A DNA stretch of 50,340 bases from Emiliania huxleyi CCMP1516 (Eukaryota), in the NCBI RefSeq assembly GCF_000372725.1, contig NW_005201231.1, forward strand, positions 244,679-295,018. The letters run 5' to 3'. The position numbers were made by a program, and so were the translations under genes. Each line of letters opens with the position of its first letter. Positions within the stretch are counted from its first letter, which is position 1. The notes below the pieces were generated by a model. The model made no database searches. It was not told the origin of the DNA and saw nothing but the letters and a program-made list of their open reading frames with translations. Below are positions 34,886 through 45,551 of this stretch, piece after piece.

Positions 34886-36307
34886 ATGTCAGCCCCGCGG
34901 CGCCGCTCGCGCCGCCTCGCCTCCGCCGCCGCCGCCGCACACTGCCCCCTCACCGACCTGCCCCTTGAGCTTCTCGCGCGCGTCATCTCCCGCTGCGACC
35001 CCGCCGACATCGCTCGCGTCGCGGCCGTCTCGCTGCTCTTCCACGCCTCGCTTGCGCTGGAGGGCATCCGCTTGCGCCTGCAAGAGGCCGGCTTCGAGCC
35101 GCCGGCGCAGCTAGAGGGCGAGAGCTGCGCCGTGCAGTGGCTGTGCTACTCGGCCTTGCTGCGCGAGTCCAACCCGCCGGCGAGGCTGGCGGCGGGCCTT
35201 CGGCACAGCGTCTTCATCGACGGCGAGGGGCGGCTCTCGTCGTGCGGCGCGGCAGCGGAGGGAGAGGAGGACGAGGAGGACGAGGAGGACGAGTTTCCAG
35301 GCCTTCTCGGTCACGGCGATGGCGTGCTGCAGCTGAAGACGCCGACCCGCCTCCCATCGCTAATTGGAGGCGAGCGCGCGATTGGTGTGGAGGCGTCACG
35401 ATACTTCAGCCTCGCTCTCTCCGCGGACGGCGCCGTTTGGTCCTGGGGCTGCGGTGAGCTGGGACACGGCGACCAGGAGGATCAGTGGCAGCCAAAGAAG
35501 ATCGAGGCCTTGGCGGGGCAGCGGGCCATCGCTGTGTCGGCTGGACTTAACCACAGCCTCGCCCTCACCGCCGACGGCTCCGTCTGGAGCTGGGGCGATG
35601 GACACTTTGGCCGGTTGGGCCACGGTGACGAGGAGAACCAGCTGCTGCCGAAGAAGATCGAGGCTTTGGCTGGCCAGCGCGTCGTCGCTGTGTCGGCTGG
35701 AGGGGGGCACAGCCTCGCCATCACCGCCGACGGCATTGTCTGGAGCTGGGGCTATGGATACTTGGGCCGGTTGGGCCACGGCGACCAGCAGAACCAGCTG
35801 CTGCCCAAGAAGGTTGAGGCCTTTGCTGCCCAGCGTGTCGTCGCAGTGTCGGCTGAAGGCGGGCACAGCATCGCCATCACCGCCGACGGCGCCGTCTGGA
35901 GCTGGGGCGTTGGCTACTTTGGCCGGCTGGGCCACGGCGACGAGCAGCACCAGCTGCTGCCCAAGAAGATCGAGGCTTTGGCTGGCCAGCGCGTCATCGC
36001 TGTGTCTACTGGAGGGGCTCACAACCTTGCCATCACCGCCGACGGAGCCGTCTGGAGCTGGGGCTATGGAGCCTCTGGCAATCTGGGCCACGGAGACGGG
36101 CAGGGCCAGCTGCTGCCCAAGAAGGTCGAGGCCTTTGCTGGCCAGCGCGTCGTCGCTGTGTCGGCAGGGGAAGACCACAGCCTCGCCCTCGCCGCCGACG
36201 GCGCCGTCTTTACCTGGGGCGGGGGCGAGAGCAGCTGCCTAGGCCATGGAGAGGACCTGTCCAACCAGCTGCAGCCCAAGAAGATCGAGGTCTGGTCGCA
36301 GGAGTGA
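34886..36307 (+). CDS. F-box-like + 7 RCC1-repeat protein, paralog A, intronless
   Basis: LTDLPLELLARVI (F-box-like); 52-aa repeats SAGxxHSLAITADGAVWSWGxGxxGRLGHGD...LLPKKIEA. Confidence 0.93.
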   Translation: MSAPRRRSRRLASAAAAAHCPLTDLPLELLARVISRCDPADIARVAAVSLLFHASLALEGIRLRLQEAGFEPPAQLEGESCAVQWLCYSALLRESNPPARLAAGLRHSVFIDGEGRLSSCGAAAEGEEDEEDEEDEFPGLLGHGDGVLQLKTPTRLPSLIGGERAIGVEASRYFSLALSADGAVWSWGCGELGHGDQEDQWQPKKIEALAGQRAIAVSAGLNHSLALTADGSVWSWGDGHFGRLGHGDEENQLLPKKIEALAGQRVVAVSAGGGHSLAITADGIVWSWGYGYLGRLGHGDQQNQLLPKKVEAFAAQRVVAVSAEGGHSIAITADGAVWSWGVGYFGRLGHGDEQHQLLPKKIEALAGQRVIAVSTGGAHNLAITADGAVWSWGYGASGNLGHGDGQGQLLPKKVEAFAGQRVVAVSAGEDHSLALAADGAVFTWGGGESSCLGHGEDLSNQLQPKKIEVWSQE

Positions 36308-37339
36308 GAGGGGGGCAAGGGGCGCGTGGCTGATAGGAGTACGACCGACTCGGGAGAGGCCAAGATTCGGATGGGGTGGGAGGGCTGGCCAAGCGGAAGC
36401 GCTAGTTCCCTAGAGCTACCGATCTGAGTCGCGCTAAAAAATTCTTTTTCTGCGATGAAGAAAGAAAGAAAACAGACAGGCCAAGGGAGGGATGGGAGGA
36501 GCCAGTCAGTCAGTCAGTCTTACACACCTCCAAGCAAGGAGGACGGGCCCACACGCACACACACGCTGCACACGATTGGCTCGGGAGCCGACACGAGGCA
36601 CGCTGTCACCGGCCGTAGCACTGGGTCCGGACTGCTGGACGCACAACACACAGCTCACAGGACAGCTCACGAGGTGGCGCTGTATAGTGGGGTTCTCAGG
36701 GACCGACACGGGAGAAGAAGGTGGAGCACAGGGACGGGGACACAGAACTCACGAACTGATATCCCACCCCGCGCCGGGGGCGGTGGCGCGCGCGAGCGCC
36801 GGGGTATTTGGACCCGCAGTCTGGCAGGCGCCAGGCCACAGATCCGCCGGCAGAGCCTTCAAGCCGCATCCGCGATCCGCGCCGGCTCTCAGAAGAGATC
36901 CGGCGCGGTGCTGACCGCGTCCTCGCAGCGGACCACCGAGTTCACGATGATGTCCGAGGAGAAGCGGTGCAGCTGCGGCACGATGCGGTAGTCGCACAAT
37001 GCCGCATTGCGGTTTGCGGCACTCCTGCTGCAACGCGCGCGCGGCGGTGAGGAGAGCGCGAGCCCTTGAGCTGCTGGAGTCAGTCCATCGCCCGCGCATG
37101 CGCGCTGGCCTTGAGGTGGTTCCACCAACAACTGGCCCAGGGGTTGTGACCCTGCGCAAAGCGCAGGAATTTGCCGAGCGCGCCCTTGGTCCTAGGGCCC
37201 CGCTCGGGGAGTTGAAGGCGGCCGCCGTGGTGCGCGTAAGGGTTCCGGAGAACCTCTTGGCACCACGCGAGTGGCGGCCGCCACTCCGACGCGCCGCCGG
37301 TGGCGCCGCGCAGAGCGCGCAACACCACCAGCTCGTGAT

Positions 37340-37500
37340 AAAAAGAAAGAAAGAAAGAAAACACACAACCCAAGGGAGGGATGGGAGAACGGCACGCCGC
37401 CACCACACAGGGATTTTAAGGAGAGGAGAGTGTGATGCGCTAGCCGTCGCCCACCCTGGGGAGTAGTCTGCCTCTTCGTATCTCTTTTCGCAGTCTCTCG
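37340..37500 (-). mobile_element. Retroposon 3' end with (TTTC)n tail; shorter copy at ~36456-36500
   Basis: Homologous to 6455-6582 and 22834-22930; 5' boundary unclear. Confidence 0.7.
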
Positions 37501-37663
37501 CCGCTTCTCGCTGCAACCTTCATGCCACCTCGCGGCCGTCCCACTCTCGTCGTTCTCTCCCTTGTCACTTCCTCTGATAGAATTTAGACAAAACAACTCT
37601 CTCTCACAGCAGACAGGCTTCTGATAGAATAGGAAGGCGCAGCGCGGAATTCTTTTCCTCGCG

Positions 37664-39106
37664 ATGTCTGCCCCGCGGCGCCGCTCGCGCCGCCTCGCCG
37701 CCACCGCCGCCCCCTCGCCAATCACGCCGCCGCCCTATCGCCTCCTCGATCTCCCCACGGACCTCCTTGTGCGCGCCGTCTCTCGCTGCGACCCCGCCGA
37801 CATCGCTCGCGTCGCGGCCGTCTCGCTGCTCTTCAACGCTTCTCTCGCGCTGGAGGGCATCCGCTTGTGGGCGCAAGAGCGCGGCTTCGAGCTGCCGGCG
37901 CAGCCAGAGGGCGAGAGCTGCGCCGTGCGGTGGCTGTGCTTCTATGCCTTGCTGCGCGAGGCCAACCCGCCGGCGAGGCTGGCGGCGGGCCTTCGGCACA
38001 GCGTCTTCATCGACGGCGAGGGGCGGCTCTCGTCGTGCGGCGCGGCAGCGGAGGGAGAGGAGGACGAGGAGGACTGGCAGGAGTTTCCAGGCCTTCTCGG
38101 CCACGGCGAGGGCGTGCTGCAGCTTAAGACGCCGACCCGCCTCCCATCGCTAATTGGAGGCGAACGCGCGATTGGTGTGGCGGCGTCATTTTACTTCAGC
38201 CTCGCTCTCTCCGCGCACGGCGCCCTTTGGTCCTGGGGCTGTGGCTACTCTGGCCAGCTGGGCCACGGCGACACGCAGCACCAGCTGCTGCCCAAGAAGA
38301 TCGAGGCCTTTGCTGGCCAGCGCGTCATCGCTGTGTCGGCTGGAGGCGGCCACAGCATCGCCATCACCGCCGACGGTGCCGTGTGGAGCTGGGGCAGTGG
38401 AGGCGATGGCAAGTTGGGCCACGGCGACCTGCAGAACCAGCTGCTGCCGAAGAAGATCGAGGCCTTTGCTGGCCAGCGCGTCATCGCTGTGTCGGCTGGA
38501 GGCGGCCACAGTCTCGCCATCACCGCCGACGGAGCCGTCTGGAGCTGGGGCATGGGTAGCAGTGGCCGGTTGGGCCACGGCGACGGGCAGGAGCAGCTGC
38601 TGCCCAAGAAGATCGAGGCTTTGGCTGGGCAGCGCGTCGTCGCTGTCTCAGCTGGAGCTTACCACAGCATCGCCCGCACCGCCGACGGCGCTGTCTTGAC
38701 CTGGGGCAATGGAGGCGTTGGCAGGCTGGGCCACGGCGACCAGCAGAACCAACTGCTGCCGAAGAAGATCGAGGCCTTGGCTGACTTGCGCGTCGTCGCT
38801 GTGTCGGCTGGACAGTACCACAGCCTCGCCATCACCGCCGACGGCACCGTCTGGAGCTGGGGCTATGGAGACTATGGCACGTCGGGCCACGGCGACGAGC
38901 AGGACCAGCTGCTGCCCAAGAAGATCGAGGCCTTTGCTGACTTGCGCGTCGTCGCTGTGTCGGCTGGAGCGTACCACAGCCTCGCCATTACCGCCGACGG
39001 CGCCGTCTTTACCTGGGGCAAGGGCGAGAGCGGCTGCCTGGGCCACGGAGAGGACCTGTCGAACCAGCTGCTGCCCAAGAAGATCGAGGTGTGGTCGCAG
39101 GAGTGA
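37664..39106 (+). CDS. F-box-like + 7 RCC1-repeat protein, paralog B, intronless
   Basis: Same architecture as paralog A; DNA homology spans ~34870-36420 vs ~37648-39211. Confidence 0.93.
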   Translation: MSAPRRRSRRLAATAAPSPITPPPYRLLDLPTDLLVRAVSRCDPADIARVAAVSLLFNASLALEGIRLWAQERGFELPAQPEGESCAVRWLCFYALLREANPPARLAAGLRHSVFIDGEGRLSSCGAAAEGEEDEEDWQEFPGLLGHGEGVLQLKTPTRLPSLIGGERAIGVAASFYFSLALSAHGALWSWGCGYSGQLGHGDTQHQLLPKKIEAFAGQRVIAVSAGGGHSIAITADGAVWSWGSGGDGKLGHGDLQNQLLPKKIEAFAGQRVIAVSAGGGHSLAITADGAVWSWGMGSSGRLGHGDGQEQLLPKKIEALAGQRVVAVSAGAYHSIARTADGAVLTWGNGGVGRLGHGDQQNQLLPKKIEALADLRVVAVSAGQYHSLAITADGTVWSWGYGDYGTSGHGDEQDQLLPKKIEAFADLRVVAVSAGAYHSLAITADGAVFTWGKGESGCLGHGEDLSNQLLPKKIEVWSQE

Positions 39107-40302
39107 GAGGGGGGCGAGGGGCGTGGCTGATATAGGAGTGCGACCGGCTCGGGAGAGGCCAAGATCCGGATAGGGTGGGAGGGCTGGCCAAGCGCTAGAC
39201 CCTAGAGCTACAGATACTGTGGTGGCTGGGGAGCTGGATGACGTGAGTCGTGACGATCTCAGCCAGCATGTAAAATTCTTTTTCCATAAATTCTTTTGTG
39301 TACCCCCTTGGACCATCCGCGATCCCTGGGAGCGAAGTCAGCTCGCGAGGCATGTCCGTCTTGCCGCCTCTGCTAGCTCCTCTGCCGCGCCCACAACCAC
39401 CGTGAGCTTCGCGCACTGGAACCCGCGCACTACGTCTACGAGTGCTTCCTCAAGGAGCCGACGTGCAGGCGCAACGCCACGGCGGCAGAAGGGGCGGCGG
39501 CGAGGGAGAGGACTGGGGAAGCGGCGGCGGGGGGGAAGGTGACGGGGGTAGGAGGGGGAACGGCGATGGGGGCGGTGGAGGTGGCGGGGGGGCGAGGGGG
39601 GGGGGGCGGTAGGGGGGATGGCGAAGTTGGGAGGGAGGGGGCGATAAAGGAAGAGGCAGCTGAGGAGAAGGCGGGCCAAGAAGATCGAGGCGTGGGGTCC
39701 GGGGCAGTGAGGGAAAGGGCGAAGGGCGCACAGGAGCGTGCGGCCTATTCTTCACAGGCACGCCCGAGGTGCACAGGAACGTATCCGAGAGGTGAACCGG
39801 GACGACCGGGCGTGCCCTCCTCCACCTCGCGCTTCGCCTCTGTTCTCGTCCGCATCGGGTGGTGCGGTGGGTAGTCGAGGTCTCTGAGGGTAAATTATGT
39901 GGCATGTCGCATGTGGTCATCAGCGGGCCTTGGTGTGTGCTCAGCTCTGCTCAGCCACAGGCTACTCTCTCGTGTAATGGACGAGTTCGTGTGTTCGTCG
40001 GTCGTGGGAGGTGCCGAACAGAAGTTTGAGAACAGACACCCCACCCCGAGCGGGGGGCGCCGGTGTGGGGGGTGTCGATGTGGCGAGGCGCGGCACGAGC
40101 GCGCGTCCGCGCCCCAGTCCGGTGAGCGGTGTCCGCTCGGGCCTCGGGGCACATATACGCGATACGCCACACGACGGGCCACGCGCACGCTCCAGCACAC
40201 CCGTGATGCTCGCGGGTCGCGCGGCTGTCGCGTTGGCTTTTCTAGATCTCGCCTGCGCTGAGCGTGCGGGTGCCGCTCGGCGATTCATGAAGTGTAAAAA
40301 CA

Positions 40303-42606
40303 CTAAGCAGAGCCGCCGCGCCCCGCGCCCCGCCCGCCCCGCCCACCCCGCCCGCCCCGCCCGCCCCGTCCACGCCCCCCTCTCCCCCCTCGCCTACCGA
40401 CCGCCGCCGTGGCGCCCACGGGCTGAGCCTGGGGCGCGGGGCGCGAGGGCGGCTGGTGAACAAACGTCGTCTGCGCCGCCACCAGCCGCCCAGTTGCGGC
40501 GATGGGCAGCGCCGGCTGGCGGCAGGCCGGGCAGTTGCTGTCGCGCTCCAGCACGCGCGGCGCACACGTCTCGCAGTACAGCGCGTGGCCACACGCAAAG
40601 CGGACCGATCGAGGGGCGTCCCAGCAGAGGTCACACAGGCGCTCCTCGGCCCCAGCCGTCTCCTCCACCTCCCCCGCCGCCTCGACTAGCGCCTCCAGCC
40701 GCGGCAGCGCCTCTGCGAGCGGCATCCGCCTCTTCTTCCTCACGAGAGCCAGCCCAACCACCAGCCGCGCCAGCTCCTCGGCCTGCGCCGCTGACCAGCC
40801 CGCGTCGGCCGCCGCGATGCTCTCCGCCGTGTCGGGCTCCTCCAGCGCGTCGTCGCACGCGTTGAGCAAGCCGACGGCGCCGCGGCCGGTCAGGGCGACG
40901 AGAAGCGTGATGCCGAGCGCAAAGCCATCAGTGAGCTGCGAAGCCTGGTTGTCCAGCGAGATGATCGGGTCCATGTAGCCGGGCTTTCCAAAGATACGCT
41001 GCGTCGACAAGTGCGAGACCTGCTGGCTGCCGCCGGCCGTCGCCTCTGCCGCGCGCGCGAGGCCCACGTCGGCGAGGTAGCCGTTGCCGCGCTCGTCGAG
41101 CAGGATGTTGCCCGCCGAGACGTCGCGGTGCAGGATCATCGGAGAGAGCGTGTGCAGGTAGTGCAGCGCGCTCGCTGCGTCGCGCAGCACGCGGAGCCGT
41201 GCAGCGGAGGAGAGCGGCGGAGGCGGCGACTCGAAGCCGAGCATGCGGAGCCGCTGCAGTGCGGCTGGCGAGCGGTAGAGGCGGTCCTCGGCATCGATCT
41301 CGGCGTGGCCCTTCTCCTTGGCCAGCTGCAGCGCCGTCTTGCCGCTCGCACTGCGCGCCGTCGCATCTGCGCCAGCCCGCAGCAAGCGCCGCACGACGGC
41401 GAGTTGGTTGAAGACGGCGGCGTACATCAGCGCGGTGCCGCGTTTGCTGGTCTGCAGGTTGATCTCCGCGCCGTGCCGCAGCAGCAGCTCGACCACCCGC
41501 TCGTGGCCGCAGTTGGCGGCGGCCATCAGCGCGGTGATGCCGAGGCTGTCCTGCTTGTTGATCTCCGCGCCGTGCTGCAGCAGCAGCTCGACCACCCGCT
41601 CGTGGCCGTGCTCGGCGGCGCCCATCAGCAGCGTGATGCCGCTCACGATGCCTCTCTCGTACGTCGCGTCGACCCGCCCGCCTTCCTCAAGCCACGCCAG
41701 CACCGCCTCCTCGTCGCCTCGCCCAGCCGCTGCCACGACCGCATCGGAGACTGCCACGCCACCGCTCGGCGCCGCCGCCGCCGGCGACAGATTACCCGGC
41801 CGCACCCGCACGCTCTCGCCGCCGCCCTCGAGCGCCACCGCGTACCGCCCGCCCTCGAAGCTCCCCGCCACGCCCCGCTGCCCGTTCAGCTCGGGGCGGG
41901 AAGAGAGCCCGCCGAGCTCGACTCGCTGGCCGAGCAGCGGCGCGTCCACAGCTGCCGCTGCCGCGCCCGAGGAAGCTCCGCCCGGCCCCGCCCGGCCGTC
42001 TGCAGCCGCCGCCGCCTCAGCCAAGACCTTGACGCACTCGGCGTGGCCCTTCTCCTTGGCCAGCTGCAGCGCCGTCTTGCCGCTCGTGGCTCGCACCGCC
42101 CAATCCGCGCCCGCCCGCAGCAAGCGCCGCACGACGGCGGGATGGTTCAAGAGGGCGGCGTACATCAGCGCGGTGTGGCCGCCGCTGTCCCGCAAGTTGA
42201 CCTCAGCGCGCTGTAGCAACTCGACCACCCGCTCGTGGCCGAATCCGGCGGCAGCCATCAGCGCGGTGTAGCCGCCACTGTCCTGCAGGTTGACCTCAGC
42301 GCCGTGCCGAATCAGCAATTCGACCACCCGCTCGTGGCCGTGGCGGGCGGCGTACATCAGCGCGGTGCCGCCGACGCTGTCCTGCAGGTTGATCTTCGCC
42401 CCGCGCCGCAGCAGCAGCTCAATCACCCGCTCGTGGCCTTGGTTGGCGGCGCCCATCATCAGCGTGATGCCGCTAATCTTGCCTCTCTCGTACGTCGCGT
42501 CGGCCCGCCCGCCGCCCTCAAGCCACGCCAACACTGCCTCCTCCTCGCCTCGCTCCGCCGCTAGCACGGCCGCGTCGAAGCGGCTCTGGGAATCTGCACT
42601 CACCAT
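40303..42606 (-). CDS. Ankyrin repeats - SH3/KOW-like - ankyrin repeats - partial IRAK/Pelle-like kinase - C3HC4 RING - RGG tail, intronless
   Basis: TALMxAAxxGHERVVELL repeats; LHYLH, HRDVSAGNILLD, DVGLAR, GKPGYMDP; CDLC...CGHALYCETC...CPAC. Start assigned to the ATG at 42606. Confidence 0.85.
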   Translation of the reverse strand: MVSADSQSRFDAAVLAAERGEEEAVLAWLEGGGRADATYERGKISGITLMMGAANQGHERVIELLLRRGAKINLQDSVGGTALMYAARHGHERVVELLIRHGAEVNLQDSGGYTALMAAAGFGHERVVELLQRAEVNLRDSGGHTALMYAALLNHPAVVRRLLRAGADWAVRATSGKTALQLAKEKGHAECVKVLAEAAAAADGRAGPGGASSGAAAAAVDAPLLGQRVELGGLSSRPELNGQRGVAGSFEGGRYAVALEGGGESVRVRPGNLSPAAAAPSGGVAVSDAVVAAAGRGDEEAVLAWLEEGGRVDATYERGIVSGITLLMGAAEHGHERVVELLLQHGAEINKQDSLGITALMAAANCGHERVVELLLRHGAEINLQTSKRGTALMYAAVFNQLAVVRRLLRAGADATARSASGKTALQLAKEKGHAEIDAEDRLYRSPAALQRLRMLGFESPPPPLSSAARLRVLRDAASALHYLHTLSPMILHRDVSAGNILLDERGNGYLADVGLARAAEATAGGSQQVSHLSTQRIFGKPGYMDPIISLDNQASQLTDGFALGITLLVALTGRGAVGLLNACDDALEEPDTAESIAAADAGWSAAQAEELARLVVGLALVRKKRRMPLAEALPRLEALVEAAGEVEETAGAEERLCDLCWDAPRSVRFACGHALYCETCAPRVLERDSNCPACRQPALPIAATGRLVAAQTTFVHQPPSRPAPQAQPVGATAAVGRRGGRGGRGRGGRGGRGGRGGRGAGRGGSA

Positions 42607-42684
42607 CGTCTCGGTGCCCAGCGAATTCTTTTTCCCGGTCGCCAATTCTTTTTCTCCCTTCACAGCCGGCTCGAGGGCGCTTGC

Positions 42685-42942
42685 GCCGGCCGCCGCGGCC
42701 GCCACCCATGACCAAGGAGAAGCTCCGCGCCAACCTGCGTGGCCTCAAGGCCAGGGTCATCGACACGTCGGCGCTCATCGCGCGCCACGTCGAGCTCAAG
42801 GCGCAGCTTGAGGCGGCAGTCGCCGAGCGGCGCCGCATGGGCGAGGAGAAGGCGGCGGCGGAGAGCACGGCGGCGCTGCGCTCGGCGGCGGAGGCCGCGG
42901 TCAAGCAGCAGCTCGAGGCGGCGCGCGGCGAGGTCCAGCAGC
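42685..42942 (+). pseudogene. Truncated 258-bp copy of the 5' end of the gene starting at 45552
   Basis: Nearly identical to 45529-45786 (MTKEKLRANLRGLK...). Confidence 0.85.
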
Positions 42943-42995
42943 CCCCTTTGGTACCCTTTAGTGGGGTAGGAAGCGTCGGGATGTAAGCGGGGCGG

Positions 42996-43000
<5 letters not shown>

Positions 43001-43043
<43 letters not shown>

Positions 43044-43153
43044 TGTGGTGTGGGCGCGAGAATAGCTCCGCCGTTCATGGAGGCAACCGATACGAGTCGA
43101 CTGGTGTGTGTCGTCGGTGGTTTTTCGTATCAAGAATACTCACTCACTCACAC
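43001..43153 (-). mobile_element. 5'-truncated copy of the (CA)n-tailed non-LTR element
   Basis: 10-bp TSD GGCGGGTTTG (42991-43000, 43154-43163); homologous to ~34735-34845. Confidence 0.85.
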
Positions 43154-44487
43154 GGCGGGTTTGCTGCTGCGGGGTCCCCCGCTGTCGCCCGGGGTCATGC
43201 GAGGGGTGGGCACGACCAGTAGGGACCCCCCCCGGGCCCCGCTCTCTACAGTTGGGGCCTCCGCGGCCGAGTGGGAGATATTGGATGGGAAACGGGTCGA
43301 TTTGCAAAGTGGGGCGCCGGGCCCGGCCGGGCCCGATCGCGGTCTCAGCCCTACCTGGCCATTCTAGATTATAGAATGGCATCCTTACATCTAGAATGGC
43401 GTCTCGCGCGCGCTCACCCGGCCGCCTCGCAGCCCCAGCGGCCGGGGGGCGCTTGCCGGGGTTGGGGCTGGTCACACACAGGCGCCACTTTAACGCGGCG
43501 AGCCAGAGGAGTCACACAGGAGAGCCCCCAACATGCCACATTTTCAGCAGCAGACGGGCCGCGGTGAGGGCCCATTCTGTATCGAAGAATGGGGTCCGCC
43601 GCCGTCCCCCACGGCCTTCTCACGCCCCCAGCGGCGGCGTGCCGCTCGGCCAGACTGGTGGGGTTCGCGCACAAGCCCCAGTTCAACACAGGGAGCCCAA
43701 CAGTCCGCAAATGAGAGTCCTCCCCCCGCCCCCAAACTAGAGCAGACGCCGGGGGGTGCGCCACGTATGGCAAAAGCAAACGCACGATGGCCGCCGGCGG
43801 CCGTTGAGCGCTGCCGCCGTTCGAGCCTTGGATGTCAGTCCGTCGCCGCCTGTGGCGAGGGCAGTGGAGGTGTGAGATTTGTGCTCGCAAGTGGTGGGCG
43901 GGCGAAAGGGTCGGGCGGCGAAAGAGAGCAGACAGCAGACAGCGCGAAATGCGGACTACTCGTGTCACATCTACTCCTCGTGTCACCTAGTCATGGTCGT
44001 CGCTTCCCTGGCCGGTCTCCGAGTCCTGCTCCTCGCCCGAGTCCTCGTCCAAGTTCGAGTAGTCTTCCTCCTCTTCGTCCTCTTCGTCGATCTCGTCGAG
44101 CCGGCTCCTGGCCCGACGCCCGTGACGCTGGGGCCGACTTGCTACGCGCGCTGCGACCCGGACCGCCACCTCTGCTGCCGCCTGTGCTACCCGTAGTCCT
44201 TGCCGGCGAGCGAGTGCCTTTTGCGGGGCTGTCGCCAGAGCGGGTGTCGCCACGGCCGTCTTCTGATCTGTTTTGTGGTCTGCGGACTGCGCGCTGCGCT
44301 GCGCTGCGCGTCTCGAGGCGCGCCGCAACACAGCCCGTGTAAATGGGGTAATGGATAAACCAAGCATCCCCGATGGCCGGGGGGATGTCCCATGGCCCCG
44401 GGGTGGCCGTGGGCACGCAGGGGGCACCGCTACGGGCCGCTGCGGCGCCCATTCTACTTCGAAGAATGCCATTCTTGAAACTAGAAT

Positions 44488-44860
44488 CTAGGTCTGAGAC
44501 CGTCCGTGCCGGGCCCGGCTCGGGCCCGTGCCGGGCCCGGCCCGCGCGCTTTGCCGGGCCCGGCTTTGCCACTCCCGGGCCGAAGCGCCCAAATCAGCAG
44601 GTCGAGGAGCGAGGCGGGCCCGGCGAGGAGAAAACGGGCCCGGCAAACCGTCTGTCCTGCCCGGGCCCGTCTGCGGCACATCGACCGGCCCGCTCACTCA
44701 CAGCCGGGCCCGGGCAGGAGGGTTTGCCGGGCCCGTTTTGCGCGAGGCGGGGCCGGGCGAGGAGAAAACCGGCCCGGCTAAAGCACGCTCGGCGGCCCGG
44801 GAGCGGCCACTTTTGACCCGCCCGGGCCCGCCCCACTTACGTCCGGGGCCCCAGTTAGCT
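44488..44860. repeat. GGGCCCGG-rich array, probable DNA-transposon end
   Basis: Many CCGGGCCCG copies and a duplicated GGCGAGGAGAAAAC; starts with TAGGTCTGAGACCG, whose near-inverse is at ~43340-43353. Confidence 0.5.
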
Positions 44861-45361
44861 CTGCAGACAGCCAGACAGCTCCGCGAGGTCGGACCGACTT
44901 TTTCAGACTACTATTCTGGTACCAAGGATATGTGCTGCTAGATCTCACTGAGCTGAGCTCATATCTGCCTTTGGTAAGCAGTTTTGAGTTCGGGCATGTC
45001 TCCGGTAAGCTGTTTCCGTGTACGGAGGGCCGCGCGTCCGGACGCGCATGACGTCGGCCGGGACCCCCCGTGCGGGGGCCTTCTCTCGGACTCAGGGAAA
45101 CTCGAGAGTTGCCAGAATGGAGCACCAAACACCCTCTGGTTTCCCTGGAAATTTCCGGAAACGAAAAGTGCTGGGGGACCCTCTCGCACTTGGAGCCCTC
45201 TCGTTTCCTTTTTGGTTTCCGGAAACATGGGTACAGGCCAAGGAGGAGGAGGACGACGATGGCGACATCGACATGCTCGCCGAGACGGGCGGCGGCGGCG
45301 GCGCGGCGGGCACGTCGGGGCTGCTCGCCTCGAGCCTTTGGCCTGGAGGCCGTCTCTAGCT

Positions 45362-45454
45362 ATGTATGTATGTATGTATGTAGGAAGGTGAAGAACAGCC
45401 AGGCTCGGACTGGACACCAATGCGGTATGGGTGGAAGCTGGACAGATGATGACG
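45362..45454 (-). mobile_element. Short retroposon insertion with (CATA)n tail
   Basis: Absent from the paralogous locus at 33882-34030; homologous to 1309-1390. Confidence 0.75.
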
Positions 45455-45551
45455 GCTGTGAATAGCAAATTCGATTTTTTTTCTCAACACCCGGCTCGCG
45501 GCGGCCTCGGGCCGGCTTTGCCCGTGCTGCCGGCCGCCGCGGCCGCCACCC

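Noticed and set aside
34886..39106. Diversity-generating retroelement behind the RCC1 variability
   Set aside because: Variation is not adenine-specific, and no template repeat or DGR reverse transcriptase is seen.
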